64,000 nt of DNA from Acidimicrobiia bacterium (lineage in GTDB: Bacteria > Actinomycetota > Acidimicrobiia > IMCC26256 > JAGPDB01): assembly GCA_018057765.1 (NCBI GenBank), contig JAGPDB010000004.1:12691-76690 (forward strand). The letters are read 5' to 3'. The position numbers and the translations under genes were made by a program. A model generated the notes under the pieces. The model was not told where the DNA came from. It saw only the letters and a list, made by a program, of their open reading frames with translations, and did not search any database. Position 1 is the stretch's first letter, and each line of letters begins with the position of its first letter. Positions 18,830 to 29,491 of this stretch are shown here, piece after piece.

Positions 18830-20095
18830 TTGTCAAAAGATAATAAAAACTCGAAAGATTTTTCGCGCAGAAAATTTATAGGAACAATTGCAGCTGTGGC
18901 AGGAGCTGGTGTTGCTGGTGCTGCTATAGGTGTAAATATTGAAAGCGCCCATGGTGAATCTATAGGAGTTGACAAGCTCTCAAATAAGATAATTCCGTTT
19001 TATGGAAAAAATCAGAGTGGTATCCTCAACGATGCGCCTGCCTCTGCAATTGTGTGTTCATTCGATATTGTAACAACTGGAAAACAGTCGCTACAAGATA
19101 TATTTAAAATCCTATCTTTAGAAATTGAAGCTCTAACTCAAGGTAAAAATATTGAAGAAGTTGATAGAAAGTATCCACCTATCGATAATTTAGTTAATGG
19201 TGAATCTCCTGATGTTGACGAGCTTACAATAACGCTTGGTGTCGGTGCATCAATATTTGACGACCGTTTTGGTATTAGTGAAAAAAAACCTAAAGAATTA
19301 ATAGAAATGCAGAACTTTCCGAATGATCGTTTAGATAAAAAAAGAATTAATGGTGATCTTGTAATACAAATATGTGCACAGCATAGTGAAACATGTCTAC
19401 GTGCTCTGAGAATAGTAATGAGAAAGACAAGAAATTCATTAGTGTTAAAATGGTTAGAACAAGGTTTTGTTCAACCAAATACTCTTGAATCTGGTAAAAC
19501 TAGTACAAGGAATTTGCTCGGATTTAAAGACGGTACTTCGAATCCAAACCCTAAAGACTCAAAAACAATGAATAATTTGGTATGGGTAGACGACTCAAGT
19601 GATGAGCCCACATGGGCTGCTGGTGGAAGCTATATGGCCGTAAGATCGATAAGAATGTTCGTCGAGCACTGGGATAGAACAAGCCTTGATGAACAAGAAG
19701 TAATAATGGGTAGACATAAACATACTGGCGCACCAATAGGTAAAAAAAATGAAGATGATATACCAGTATTTCACAAGAATCCACATAGTAATCAAATTTC
19801 AGTTGATGCGCATATACGTCTTGCTAATCCTAGGACAAAAGAAACAGAGAAAAATATAATTTTACGTCGCGGTTATAATTATTCTAGAGGTTTCGATAGT
19901 GCTGGGCATCTAGATCAAGGGTTGCTATTTATTAGTTTTCAAAAAAGTCTTAATGACGGTTTCTTGGCAGTTCAAAAACGTTTGAATGGAGAATTGTTAG
20001 AAGAATATATTCAGCCAAACGGTGGAGGATTCTATTTTGTTTTGCCAGGAATAGAAAAAGACTCATTTCTTGGTGAGAAGCTTTTTGCAAGTTAA
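18830..20095 (+). CDS. efeB: Dyp-type peroxidase EfeB with Tat signal
   Basis: 421 aa with a TTG start abutting the efeO stop. The twin-arginine signal is SRRKFIGTIAAVAGAGVAGAA. The Dyp motif is LLGFKDGTSNP. Confidence 0.85.
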   Translation: MSKDNKNSKDFSRRKFIGTIAAVAGAGVAGAAIGVNIESAHGESIGVDKLSNKIIPFYGKNQSGILNDAPASAIVCSFDIVTTGKQSLQDIFKILSLEIEALTQGKNIEEVDRKYPPIDNLVNGESPDVDELTITLGVGASIFDDRFGISEKKPKELIEMQNFPNDRLDKKRINGDLVIQICAQHSETCLRALRIVMRKTRNSLVLKWLEQGFVQPNTLESGKTSTRNLLGFKDGTSNPNPKDSKTMNNLVWVDDSSDEPTWAAGGSYMAVRSIRMFVEHWDRTSLDEQEVIMGRHKHTGAPIGKKNEDDIPVFHKNPHSNQISVDAHIRLANPRTKETEKNIILRRGYNYSRGFDSAGHLDQGLLFISFQKSLNDGFLAVQKRLNGELLEEYIQPNGGGFYFVLPGIEKDSFLGEKLFAS

Positions 20096-20155
20096 AATCT
20101 ACATATCACTCGCTCGGTGTGTGAGCTAAAGAGTCTTTCCTCTAGGATAAATACT

Positions 20156-20557
20156 ATGACAGATAAAACTTTTTTAATATTAAAACCAGATGCAGTTAAG
20201 CGTAAATTGACAGGTGAAATTATCACTCGTATAGAACGAAAAAACCTAAGCATAACGAAAATGGAAATGCGGGTATTAGATCACGAAACTCTTGAAGAAC
20301 ACTATGTTGAACATAAAGGGAAACCATTTTTTGAAGGAATGGTTGACTTTATGGCGAGTGGTCCCGTTGTTATACTTCAAGTTGAGGGACGAGAAGCTCA
20401 AAAAGTTATGCGTACACTCATAGGAACAACAGATCCAGCAGGAGCAGAACCAGGAACAATTAGAGGTGATCTTGGTATAGAATTTTCAGAAAATCTAATT
20501 CATGGATCAGACTCGCCTGAATCTGCTGAACGCGAAATAGGCATTTTCTTCAAATAG
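20156..20557 (+). CDS. ndk: Nucleoside diphosphate kinase
   Basis: MTDKTFLILKPDAVKR...NLIHGSDS (active-site His). I prefer ATG 20156, preceded by AGGA, over the GTG 20117 given in the ORF track. Confidence 0.9.
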   Translation: MTDKTFLILKPDAVKRKLTGEIITRIERKNLSITKMEMRVLDHETLEEHYVEHKGKPFFEGMVDFMASGPVVILQVEGREAQKVMRTLIGTTDPAGAEPGTIRGDLGIEFSENLIHGSDSPESAEREIGIFFK

Positions 20558-20642
20558 ATCTTGACTATATAGGCAAAACAGTTCTCGTTTGGACGAATAC
20601 TCACTATTTAGCCTAATCTTGTAGGTTAAAGGAGTTCTTAAA

Positions 20643-21680
20643 TTGTCTGAATCTATTCTATCTACTATCGTCGGTCGAGACATGGCTGTTGATTTAGGCA
20701 CGGCAAATACACTTGTTTACGTTCGTGGTCGTGGAGTAGTGCTAAACGAGCCAAGTGTTGTTGCAATAAATACTCGAGATGGCAGACCTTTAGCAGTTGG
20801 TTCTGAAGCAAAAAGAATGATTGGTAGAACACCAGGACATATTCAAGCTATACGTCCACTAAAAGATGGTGTGATTGCCGATTTTGATGTTTGTGAAAAG
20901 ATGCTTCGCTACTTTATTCAGCGAGTTCACCAGCGTCGTTGGGCAAAACCAAGAATGGTAATTTGTGTACCAAGTGGAATTACAGGTGTTGAACAACGTG
21001 CTGTTCAAGAAGCTGCAGAATATGCTGGAGCAAGAAAGCCTGCATACATAATTGAAGAGCCGATGGCTGCAGCAATTGGTGCAGGACTTCCTGTTCATGA
21101 GCCTACAGGAAATATGATTGTTGATATAGGCGGCGGTACAACTGAAGTTGCTGTTATTTCATTAGGCGGAATTGTTTCTAGCGAATCAGTACGTGTGGGT
21201 GGCGATGAATTAGATGAAGCAATTATTACCTATATTAAAAAAGAGTATTCTTTAGCTATTGGTGAACGTACTTCTGAAGAAATAAAAATGCGATTAGCTA
21301 GTGCCTATCCACTTGACGAAGAACAGTATGCTGAAATTCGCGGTCGTGATTTAGTAACTGGGCTTCCAAAAACTATTGTTTGCTCGACTGTAGAAATTAG
21401 AGAAGCTATAGAGGAACCGGTTAGCGCTATTGTTGATGCATTGAAAGTAACTCTAGACAAGACACCGCCGGAATTAGCAGCAGATATCATGGAAAAAGGC
21501 ATAGTAATCACTGGCGGTGGTGCATTATTACATGGTTTAGATAGGCGACTAGCCGATGAAACCGGAATGCCCATAATAATTGCTAAAAACCCACTTTTTA
21601 GTGTCGTTGTGGGCTCTGGACAATGTCTCGAAGAGTTTGATGTACTCAAGTCTGTATTAATTTCGTCTAACTTACATTAA
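20643..21680 (+). CDS. mreB: Rod-shape-determining protein MreB
   Basis: 345 aa with a TTG start after AAAGGAG. Actin-fold motifs are DLGTANTLVY, VICVPSG, DIGGGTTEVAV and ITGGGALL. Confidence 0.93.
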   Translation: MSESILSTIVGRDMAVDLGTANTLVYVRGRGVVLNEPSVVAINTRDGRPLAVGSEAKRMIGRTPGHIQAIRPLKDGVIADFDVCEKMLRYFIQRVHQRRWAKPRMVICVPSGITGVEQRAVQEAAEYAGARKPAYIIEEPMAAAIGAGLPVHEPTGNMIVDIGGGTTEVAVISLGGIVSSESVRVGGDELDEAIITYIKKEYSLAIGERTSEEIKMRLASAYPLDEEQYAEIRGRDLVTGLPKTIVCSTVEIREAIEEPVSAIVDALKVTLDKTPPELAADIMEKGIVITGGGALLHGLDRRLADETGMPIIIAKNPLFSVVVGSGQCLEEFDVLKSVLISSNLH

Positions 21681-21748
21681 TCGTCCAAGTCGTATCGATC
21701 TTATTAATACTGTAAAATTAGTGTTTATATATGAAGGTATACTTATAA

Positions 21749-22564
21749 ATGGCATTGAAAAAAAGGCTCGTATTGCTTTTGTGCATAACTGCACTAACTC
21801 TAATCGCTGTAGACGTCACCGGATCTCAGCCTCTTAATTTCGTCCGTTCAACTATGAGAGAAATTTTTTCTCCTTTGCAAAAAGGAGTAGGAGTAATTAC
21901 TACCCCTATTGGAGATTTTTTTGATGGAATCACCAATGCGTCTGATCTAAAAGACGAGAATAGAAAATTGAAAAAAGATCTTTCAGAAGAAAAAACTAAA
22001 AATCAACAATATGTTGCCGCAGTTAGTGAGAATGAAAAATTAACTAAATTATTGAAATTAAATTCAATTGTTCGTGCAGATAAAACAACCGCTCGCGTCG
22101 TAACTGGTGCTCCTTCAAATTTCGAATTAACAATACAAATTGATAAAGGAAAAAATGATGGCATAGTAGTTGGTGATGCTGTTATTGAAGGTAACGGGTT
22201 AGTCGGACGTATCATTGAAACATCATCTTCTAGATCTACAGTGCTTCTTTTAGGAGATGCTTCTTCAGGTGTGGGTGTTAGAGATTCTCGATCATCTATT
22301 GTTGGAATTTTTCAAGGACATGCATCCAATAATGAACTAGATCTTAATTTTGTTGATCCAGATGCTGACATTAAAAAAGGCGATTTGTTAGTTACAAGTG
22401 GTTTGCAAGGTGGACGTTTTCCTGTTAATTTGCCTGTAGGTACAGTTAAATCTGTTGGAAAAGATCCTAGTGGTCTTGCTAATAAAATTGTAGTTACTCC
22501 GATAGTTGATTTATCTCAAGTAAGCGTTGTCTCCGTTCTTCATACATCAGATTCAAGAAAATGA
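21749..22564 (+). CDS. mreC: Rod-shape-determining protein MreC
   Basis: 271 aa. It has an N-terminal TM, a coiled coil (ENRKLKKDLSEEKTKNQQ) and a beta-rich C-terminus (GLVGRIIE, VTSGLQGGRFP). It sits between mreB and mreD. Confidence 0.85.
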   Translation: MALKKRLVLLLCITALTLIAVDVTGSQPLNFVRSTMREIFSPLQKGVGVITTPIGDFFDGITNASDLKDENRKLKKDLSEEKTKNQQYVAAVSENEKLTKLLKLNSIVRADKTTARVVTGAPSNFELTIQIDKGKNDGIVVGDAVIEGNGLVGRIIETSSSRSTVLLLGDASSGVGVRDSRSSIVGIFQGHASNNELDLNFVDPDADIKKGDLLVTSGLQGGRFPVNLPVGTVKSVGKDPSGLANKIVVTPIVDLSQVSVVSVLHTSDSRK

Positions 22565-22568
22565 TGAT

Positions 22569-23180
22569 ATGTCACGCCTAGATTTAATGACAAATTCCTC
22601 AAATGAAAGTCGAATAGGCAGAGCTAGAAAGAATTTTTCTATTGATCCTTTAGCTGCAGATATAAACACCGATCGTTCACCATTTTTTAGATGGCTTTCT
22701 ATAGGTATTCTCGTGGTATTAGGTTTATTATTAGAAACAACGGTATTTTCTTCTTGGAAGGTTTTCGACTCATCGCCGACATTTGGATATGTTGCTACAG
22801 CCGCTGTTGCATATTATTGTGGTGCAAATACTGGGATGGTCTTTGGTTTCTTTGCAGGTTTGGGAAGCGATTTCTTTTATTCGACACCAATTGGAATTAG
22901 TGCATTGTCTATGTTGATATGTGCAATTATTGTTGGAGTTGCACAAACCGGAATGATGAGACCAACACCTTTAGCTATCCCATTATTAACATTTATTATC
23001 TCTTTTACAGGTAATACTTTGTATGTCTTATTTTCAATAATGGTTGGCTTTGAAGAGTTATTTAGTTTACATAGTGCGTACTTGATTGTTGTAAGCTCAC
23101 TATTGAATGTTATTGCATCCCCATTTATTTTTGCTATTACAAAAAACTTTATTGGTGCTCCTGCTTGGAAAAATAGGTAG
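22569..23180 (+). CDS. mreD: Rod-shape-determining protein MreD (start uncertain: 22527 TTG or 22569 ATG)
   Basis: A polytopic small membrane protein directly after mreC and before mrdA. The assignment rests on position and topology. Confidence 0.65.
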   Translation: MSRLDLMTNSSNESRIGRARKNFSIDPLAADINTDRSPFFRWLSIGILVVLGLLLETTVFSSWKVFDSSPTFGYVATAAVAYYCGANTGMVFGFFAGLGSDFFYSTPIGISALSMLICAIIVGVAQTGMMRPTPLAIPLLTFIISFTGNTLYVLFSIMVGFEELFSLHSAYLIVVSSLLNVIASPFIFAITKNFIGAPAWKNR

Positions 23181-23193
23181 GTTGATTATATAA

Positions 23194-25134
23194 ATGACTG
23201 ATCAGATTAGAGATAAAAGAATAGGTATTGTAGGTGTTGTAATAATCGCAATATTTTTGACTTTAGTATCGAGGCTTTGGTATTTACAGATAGCCAATGG
23301 TGATGAATACAAACAAGTTGCATCAAAAAATCAATATAGAACAGTTCAAAGCGAAGCACCAAGGGGACGGATTCTAGATGTAAATGGTGTTGTTTTAGTT
23401 GACAACCGAATCTCACGATCAATAGTTGTCGAGCGTTTAGAACTTAAAGACAAAAAAACTAGAGCAAAAGTAATAGAGAAATTATCAATTGTTTTAAATG
23501 TGGATCGTAAAGATATTGAAAAACGCATAGCAGATCAAAGAATTTCTCAATACAAACCAGTTCCAGTTGCATATGACGTTGATATTGACAAAATACAATA
23601 TATTAAAGAACATCAAGAAGAATTTACTGGTGTTGATGCAGTGCCTCTTCCTATAAGACGCTATCCTCAAGGAAATGTTGCGCCTCATGTGATTGGCTAT
23701 GTAGGAGAAATAAATGATGTTGAATTAGGTAAAAGAAAAAATGGATACCAGCTGGGTGAAATTATAGGTAAATCTGGAATTGAATTAGCATATGAAAAAG
23801 AACTTAGAGGGACACCTGCTAAATCAAAAGTGCAAGTAGATAAAAATGGTTCCGTATTAAAAACGGTTTCTTATACTCCTCCAATTCCTGGTGATGACAT
23901 AATCTTATCGTTAGATGTCGATATACAAAAAAATGCAGAACAATCTTTGGCAGATCAAATTGATCTGACTAGAAAAGTACAAGATAAAAATACTAAAGAT
24001 AAATTTGAAACATTTAAAGCACCTAGTGGTTCAGTAACTTTAATAGATCCTAATACTGGAAAAGTTAAAGCTATGGCAAGCTATCCAACATATGATCCAT
24101 CTGCATTCGTAGGTGGTATTTCTACACAGGCATATCAAGAATTAACCGCACCGGACAGTGGGCTACCACTAAATAATTGGGCAACACAAGGCCAGTATGC
24201 ACCAGGTTCTACATTTAAACTCATTTCAGCTTTAGCGGGTTTAAAGTCTGGAATTATTACACCAACATCTTCATTTGATGATACAGGGTCATTAAAAGTT
24301 TCTGATGTAACATTTTATAATGCTGGAAAAGAATCCAATGGCACAATAAATCTACCTACAGCAATCACCGTTTCATCAGATACATATTTTTATAATATCG
24401 GTTCTAAATTATGGTCCATGCAATATAAAAAGGACCCTAAAGGTGATGCCATTCAAGATACTGCTAGAGAATTTGGATTTGGAAAAAAGACAGGTATCAC
24501 TATTGGTAACGAATCTATTGGACGTATTGCAGATCAAGAGTGGAAAGCTAAAGTTCATAAAGAAAATCCTGCTGCATTCCCTTATGCAGAATGGTTGCCA
24601 GGTGAAAATGTTTTTGCAGCCATTGGTCAAGGAGATAATTTAGCTACACCAATTCAACTTGCAACAGCTTACGGCGCTTTTTTAAATGATGGAAAGTTAT
24701 ATCAACCACAACTTGTTCAGGAGATCCGAAAGTTTGATAAGAATGGTAATTATAAATCCACCTTTCTTGCCTCAGTAAAAAATGGAACTATAGATTTAAA
24801 TCCTACTTATGTAGAATCTATCAAACAAGGATTTTTTGGAGCGGTTAATAATGAAAAGGGTACTGCGCACCAAGCATTTCTGGGTTGGCCAAACACCATA
24901 TCTGTTGGTGGTAAAACTGGTACAGCTGAAGTCCAAGGTAAACAAGATACCTCATTATTTGTAGGTTTTTCGCCAGTGGATAACCCTACGTTCGTTTGCG
25001 TTAGCATTGTAGAACAAGCAGGATTTGGTGCGTCAACCGCTGCTCCTATTGTTAGAAGAACATTAGAAGGAGCATACGCATTACCAATAAGCAATACTGG
25101 TTATGTAACTGTTGATGCTGGAGGATCAAGATAA
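23194..25134 (+). CDS. mrdA: Penicillin-binding protein 2 (elongasome transpeptidase)
   Basis: 646 aa with an N-terminal TM. The transpeptidase motifs are STFK (APGSTFKLISA), SSD (VSSDTYF) and KTGTA. Confidence 0.9.
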   Translation: MTDQIRDKRIGIVGVVIIAIFLTLVSRLWYLQIANGDEYKQVASKNQYRTVQSEAPRGRILDVNGVVLVDNRISRSIVVERLELKDKKTRAKVIEKLSIVLNVDRKDIEKRIADQRISQYKPVPVAYDVDIDKIQYIKEHQEEFTGVDAVPLPIRRYPQGNVAPHVIGYVGEINDVELGKRKNGYQLGEIIGKSGIELAYEKELRGTPAKSKVQVDKNGSVLKTVSYTPPIPGDDIILSLDVDIQKNAEQSLADQIDLTRKVQDKNTKDKFETFKAPSGSVTLIDPNTGKVKAMASYPTYDPSAFVGGISTQAYQELTAPDSGLPLNNWATQGQYAPGSTFKLISALAGLKSGIITPTSSFDDTGSLKVSDVTFYNAGKESNGTINLPTAITVSSDTYFYNIGSKLWSMQYKKDPKGDAIQDTAREFGFGKKTGITIGNESIGRIADQEWKAKVHKENPAAFPYAEWLPGENVFAAIGQGDNLATPIQLATAYGAFLNDGKLYQPQLVQEIRKFDKNGNYKSTFLASVKNGTIDLNPTYVESIKQGFFGAVNNEKGTAHQAFLGWPNTISVGGKTGTAEVQGKQDTSLFVGFSPVDNPTFVCVSIVEQAGFGASTAAPIVRRTLEGAYALPISNTGYVTVDAGGSR

Positions 25135-26303
25135 TGTCAACAATAGTTGGATCTTTTGCTAAAGCAAAAAAACAAATGATTTCTAAAGAATGGAAATATG
25201 TAGATCTATTATTATTAGGATCTGTCGGAGCCTTATCGATTTTGGGTTGCGTGATGGTATATTCTGCTTCGAAAGCTAGAGCACTTAGTCAAGGTCTAGA
25301 TTCTACATATTATTTAGAACGCCAAGTAGCATTTGTGATTCTTGGATCAATCTTGATGGTTCTTGTTATGTTATTCGACTATCGAAAATTAAGAGACATG
25401 TCTCCTTTATTATATATAGCAATTATTGGAGCTTTAGGGTTAGTGTTAGTACCAGGCATAGGTTCATCTTCTAATGGAACTCAAGGCTGGTTCGCTTTAC
25501 CTGGCGGTTTCCAACTTCAACCCAGCGAGTTCTCTAAATTCTTTCTAATTATTGCATTGGGTAGTTATATTTCTCAACATGAACAATTTCATTTTAGTGC
25601 GCTGATAAAAACAATGATTGTAGGTCTTCTTCCTGTGGGCTTAGTTTTAATGCAACCTGACTTAGGTACAGCAATGGTAATGGTAGTCGTGCTTATTGGT
25701 ATGTTATGTGTCGCTGGCACAAGGGGTAGATTCTTAGTACTGATGGCTTTTATAGGTTTTATTGGTGTTGTCGGTGTATTACAATTAGGCGTTCTTAAAC
25801 AATACCAAATTAATCGACTTACTGTTTTCTTGGACCAAGGGAGTGGTGCCAATGCATCTCGTGAATCACAAGGGTCAGCCTATAATCTTGATCAGTCTAA
25901 AACCGCTATCGGTAATGGTGGATTTTTGGGACAAGGAATATTTCAAGGTGATCAGACAAAATTAAATTATGTCCCAGAACAACATACCGATTTTATTTTT
26001 ACTGCAATAGGCGAGGAACTAGGTTTCGTCGGATCTGTCAGTGTAATCTCCCTATTTGGGATAGTAGCTTGGCGGATTTGGCGTATCTCACGTGCTGCTC
26101 CAGATTCGGCTGGTACTTTTATTTGTATAGGGGTCGTGTCTATGTTTGTTTTTCATATATTTGAAAATATTGGTATGACAATGGGGATTATGCCTATTAC
26201 TGGTATACCTTTGCCATTTATTAGCTATGGTGGTTCGTCGATTCTGTTAATGTTTTTATCTATTGGCTTGGTTAATAATGTCTATATTCATAGATTTGAG
26301 TAG
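25134..26303 (+). CDS. rodA: SEDS-family peptidoglycan polymerase RodA
   Basis: 389 aa in the FtsW/RodA/SpoVE family (QPSEFSKF, PEQHTDFIF, GIPLPFISYGGSS). The junction with mrdA is a TAATG stop/start overlap. Confidence 0.9.
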   Translation: MSTIVGSFAKAKKQMISKEWKYVDLLLLGSVGALSILGCVMVYSASKARALSQGLDSTYYLERQVAFVILGSILMVLVMLFDYRKLRDMSPLLYIAIIGALGLVLVPGIGSSSNGTQGWFALPGGFQLQPSEFSKFFLIIALGSYISQHEQFHFSALIKTMIVGLLPVGLVLMQPDLGTAMVMVVVLIGMLCVAGTRGRFLVLMAFIGFIGVVGVLQLGVLKQYQINRLTVFLDQGSGANASRESQGSAYNLDQSKTAIGNGGFLGQGIFQGDQTKLNYVPEQHTDFIFTAIGEELGFVGSVSVISLFGIVAWRIWRISRAAPDSAGTFICIGVVSMFVFHIFENIGMTMGIMPITGIPLPFISYGGSSILLMFLSIGLVNNVYIHRFE

Positions 26304-26309
26304 ATAGCT

Positions 26310-27014
26310 ATGTGTGGTCGCTTGGTTATGTCGTCTACGCCTGCTGACTTTATTGACTATCTGCAATCAACTGGAGCGTTAGGCGATATATCTATAAAGA
26401 ATGCTTTTAAAAACAGTTTCATCCCTCGTTATAATGTTGCTCCTGGTGCAAACATTTTTGCTATAACTAATTCGCGAGATGAAGAAGGTCTAGAGATCAA
26501 TATGTTTAAATGGGGGTTGGTCCCTCATTGGGCAAAAGATGATTCTTTCGGTGCTAAATGTTTTAATGCTCGTGGAGAAACTATGACTACTAAACCTACT
26601 TTTCGCGAAGCTTTTAAGAAATCAAGATGTATTGTATTAGCAGATGGATATTATGAGTGGAAACAGTCTGGATATGCAGGGACAACTATGAAAAAATATC
26701 CATATTTCATTCATAATTCTAATTCTTCGCCTATGTTTTTAGCTGGACTATATGAGCTACAAACCAACTCAAGTGCTATTATCACTATAGAAGCAGATTC
26801 TAAAATGCGTGAAATTCATCATAGGAGACCAGCTTTTATTGATGTTGATTCTGCTCTAAATTGGCTTAAACCAGAAGCAAGCCAAGATGATCTACTCTCA
26901 ATAATTCAAAGATCAAGTGACAAAAATATTGAAGCATATACAGTGTCAACATTGGTAAATAAGTCATACTTAGAAGGAGCAAGTCTTATTGAGAAAACTG
27001 ATTCTCTGTTTTAA
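26310..27014 (+). CDS. SOS-response-associated peptidase (SRAP/YedK-like abasic-site DNA crosslinking protein)
   Basis: 234 aa. It begins MCGR (Cys2 nucleophile) and carries NARGET, DGYYEW and HHRRP motifs. Confidence 0.85.
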   Translation: MCGRLVMSSTPADFIDYLQSTGALGDISIKNAFKNSFIPRYNVAPGANIFAITNSRDEEGLEINMFKWGLVPHWAKDDSFGAKCFNARGETMTTKPTFREAFKKSRCIVLADGYYEWKQSGYAGTTMKKYPYFIHNSNSSPMFLAGLYELQTNSSAIITIEADSKMREIHHRRPAFIDVDSALNWLKPEASQDDLLSIIQRSSDKNIEAYTVSTLVNKSYLEGASLIEKTDSLF

Positions 27015-27053
27015 TATATGGAAGATATCTTTGCATTCGTTTAAACTAGATTA

Positions 27054-28865
27054 ATGAGTAGATCGAATAATGTTGATAAAAGAAAATTAGAAGTTGCATC
27101 AAAAGCCCAAAGGGCATTTATATTTAAACTTTTTTTAGAGAATTCTAAAGAAAAACGCTCATTTTTTTGGACAGCGGTAGTATTACAAATTTTTGCTATT
27201 GCAATGCAACAATTGGCTTATCTTTTTATAATTGCTAAAATTTTAAAAGATATTTCAAAACGTAAAGAAATAGAAACAATTGATCCTTATGTAAAACTAA
27301 TTATTTTATTGGCTATTCTTGAGCTGATTGCTTTAATTGCAAGAAGAATTGCTACATACCTAGAGGAGAGATTTGATGCCATTTCGCGCAGGGCATTAAT
27401 TAAGGAAATATATAATCGCCTTTTAGAGCAACCAGCTTATTTCCATCAATCTAAATTTGTTGGTGTTACTATAAATCTGATTTCTAAATGTTCTGACTGT
27501 TTTGGTAGGACTAGCGGAATATTCGTTTTTCCTATTTTATCTAATATTGTTGTTTTTATTGGAACAGGTATAATTCTTATCCCTATAATGCCTATTTATT
27601 TTTTAGCTATGGTAATTATTGGAGCTATATATTTAACTCTATATTTAAACTTTTTACCTCATCAAATGGCATTGAGCGCCGATGCATCTGATGCCTCGTC
27701 GAAACTATACGGTGCAATTGCAGATGGTATAAGTAATATTGCAGCAGTCAAGGCTGAATCAAATGAAGATATTGAACAAAGCAATGTGAGTTCTTTAGGA
27801 GACAAATGGGTATTACTTAATAAGAAGTTTGCTAAAAGGGTACTTATTGTTGATGCTCTAATAATCAATTCTATAAATCGATCTTTAAGAATACTAAGCA
27901 TATTATTTGCTGTGATTTTAGCAATTGGTAATGTTAGTGGTGCGACGAATATATTTTTAGCTACAACTTTGACACTTGCATTCACTGAAGGCCTTTGGAG
28001 TATGGGTGATGCCATATATGAGCTAACTGTTGCTTTTGGTGAAGCTGCTCCCATGGTGCCAATATTGCAAGAGAAAATTGCAGTTGCAGATAAATCTAAT
28101 GCTCATGACATCGGTATTATTAATGGTGAGATAGTTCTAAAAGATATTACTTTTAAATATCCGAATGCTAATAACGATGTTTTTGATGAATTAAATATTG
28201 TTATATCAAAAGGTGAGCGTGTTGGATTTGTAGGAAAATCTGGTGCAGGGAAATCTACATTAGTTAAATTAATTATGCGTTTTATCGATCCAATCTCAGG
28301 CGATATTCTGATAGATGGTAAAAGTATTTACGGTATTACTCAAGAATCATTAAGAAGAAATATTTCTTACGTTGCTCAAGAACCAATGCTATTTCACAGA
28401 ACTGTATTCGAAAATATTACCTATAGTTGTGAGCAAGTTAGTAATGATCTGATAAATCAAGTGCTCATACGTTCGCACTGTAAAGAATTCATTGATGATT
28501 TACCCTTGGGCTTGAATTCAATTGTTGGTGAGCGAGGTGTAAATTTGTCTGGTGGTCAACGCCAAAGAATTGCTATAGCTCGCGCCATGCTAAAAAATGC
28601 TCCTATTTTAATTTTAGATGAAGCTACATCAGCTCTGGATTCAGAATCTGAATATTTTGTGCAAGAAGCATTCGCTAATTTAATGTCGTCAAGAACCACA
28701 ATTGTAGTTGCACACCGATTGAGTACATTGCTAAATATGAATCGTATAGTTGTTCTTGACGGTGGAAAAATTGCAGAACAAGGCACTCATGTCGAATTAG
28801 TAGGCAATAATGGTATATATTCTTCTCTTTGGGAGCATCAACGTGGTGGCTTTATAACAGAATAA
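27054..28865 (+). CDS. ABC exporter, fused permease/ATPase (MsbA-like type I exporter)
   Basis: 603 aa with 6 N-terminal TM helices. Walker A is GKSGAGKST, the signature is LSGGQRQR, and Walker B is ILILDEATS. Confidence 0.88.
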   Translation: MSRSNNVDKRKLEVASKAQRAFIFKLFLENSKEKRSFFWTAVVLQIFAIAMQQLAYLFIIAKILKDISKRKEIETIDPYVKLIILLAILELIALIARRIATYLEERFDAISRRALIKEIYNRLLEQPAYFHQSKFVGVTINLISKCSDCFGRTSGIFVFPILSNIVVFIGTGIILIPIMPIYFLAMVIIGAIYLTLYLNFLPHQMALSADASDASSKLYGAIADGISNIAAVKAESNEDIEQSNVSSLGDKWVLLNKKFAKRVLIVDALIINSINRSLRILSILFAVILAIGNVSGATNIFLATTLTLAFTEGLWSMGDAIYELTVAFGEAAPMVPILQEKIAVADKSNAHDIGIINGEIVLKDITFKYPNANNDVFDELNIVISKGERVGFVGKSGAGKSTLVKLIMRFIDPISGDILIDGKSIYGITQESLRRNISYVAQEPMLFHRTVFENITYSCEQVSNDLINQVLIRSHCKEFIDDLPLGLNSIVGERGVNLSGGQRQRIAIARAMLKNAPILILDEATSALDSESEYFVQEAFANLMSSRTTIVVAHRLSTLLNMNRIVVLDGGKIAEQGTHVELVGNNGIYSSLWEHQRGGFITE

Positions 28866-28891
28866 TAGGAGCACTATTTGTTTAATGGGTA

Positions 28892-29479
28892 TTAAGTGCT
28901 TCCCCAGAGTTTTTTGCAGATTTCCAACTTTGTTTTATCCTTAGATGAGAACGCAATGTCTCCAAAACGTATAGTTGTTGATCCAAGTTTGAGTATTTTA
29001 TCTAAATATTCATCCACTCGATATATCTTGCTCGGTAATTCTAAATTTGTTGTAATTAATAACCCTGAATTATTCAGAAGTTCAATATAATCATCCACTT
29101 CATCAGGGTTTGGGCTGAACCCGTCGAAAAAAATGATATCGTATTTCTTGTTATCAATTTTTAAATCTTTTATTATTTTTCCTGAAACACCAAATAGGAT
29201 CTCTACCTGATCGATAACATTGTTTTCTTTAAAGTTTTTTGTAGCTAGTTCACAATGTGTTTTATCTTTGTCTATTGTTGTTATTTTTACAGTGTCAAAA
29301 GCTCGTGCAAAACAATTTGTCGAATACCCAATTGATGTGCCTATCTCTAAAATATTTTCTGATCTTAACTCTTGAACTATATCAGTTAAAAATTGTCCAT
29401 TTTCGAAAGGATATCCGCCACACTTATGTTGATTGCGGTGTTCAATAGTTAGCTCATAGTATTCGTTGTTTGAAATCAT
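28892..29479 (-). CDS. Class I SAM-dependent O-methyltransferase (family 3-like)
   Basis: 195 aa. The SAM motif I is ILEIGTSIGYST, followed by TTIDKD and IIFFDG. It lies 12 nt downstream of the desaturase gene on the same strand. Confidence 0.75.
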   Translation of the reverse strand: MISNNEYYELTIEHRNQHKCGGYPFENGQFLTDIVQELRSENILEIGTSIGYSTNCFARAFDTVKITTIDKDKTHCELATKNFKENNVIDQVEILFGVSGKIIKDLKIDNKKYDIIFFDGFSPNPDEVDDYIELLNNSGLLITTNLELPSKIYRVDEYLDKILKLGSTTIRFGDIAFSSKDKTKLEICKKLWGST

Positions 29480-29491
29480 TTCTATTTAAAT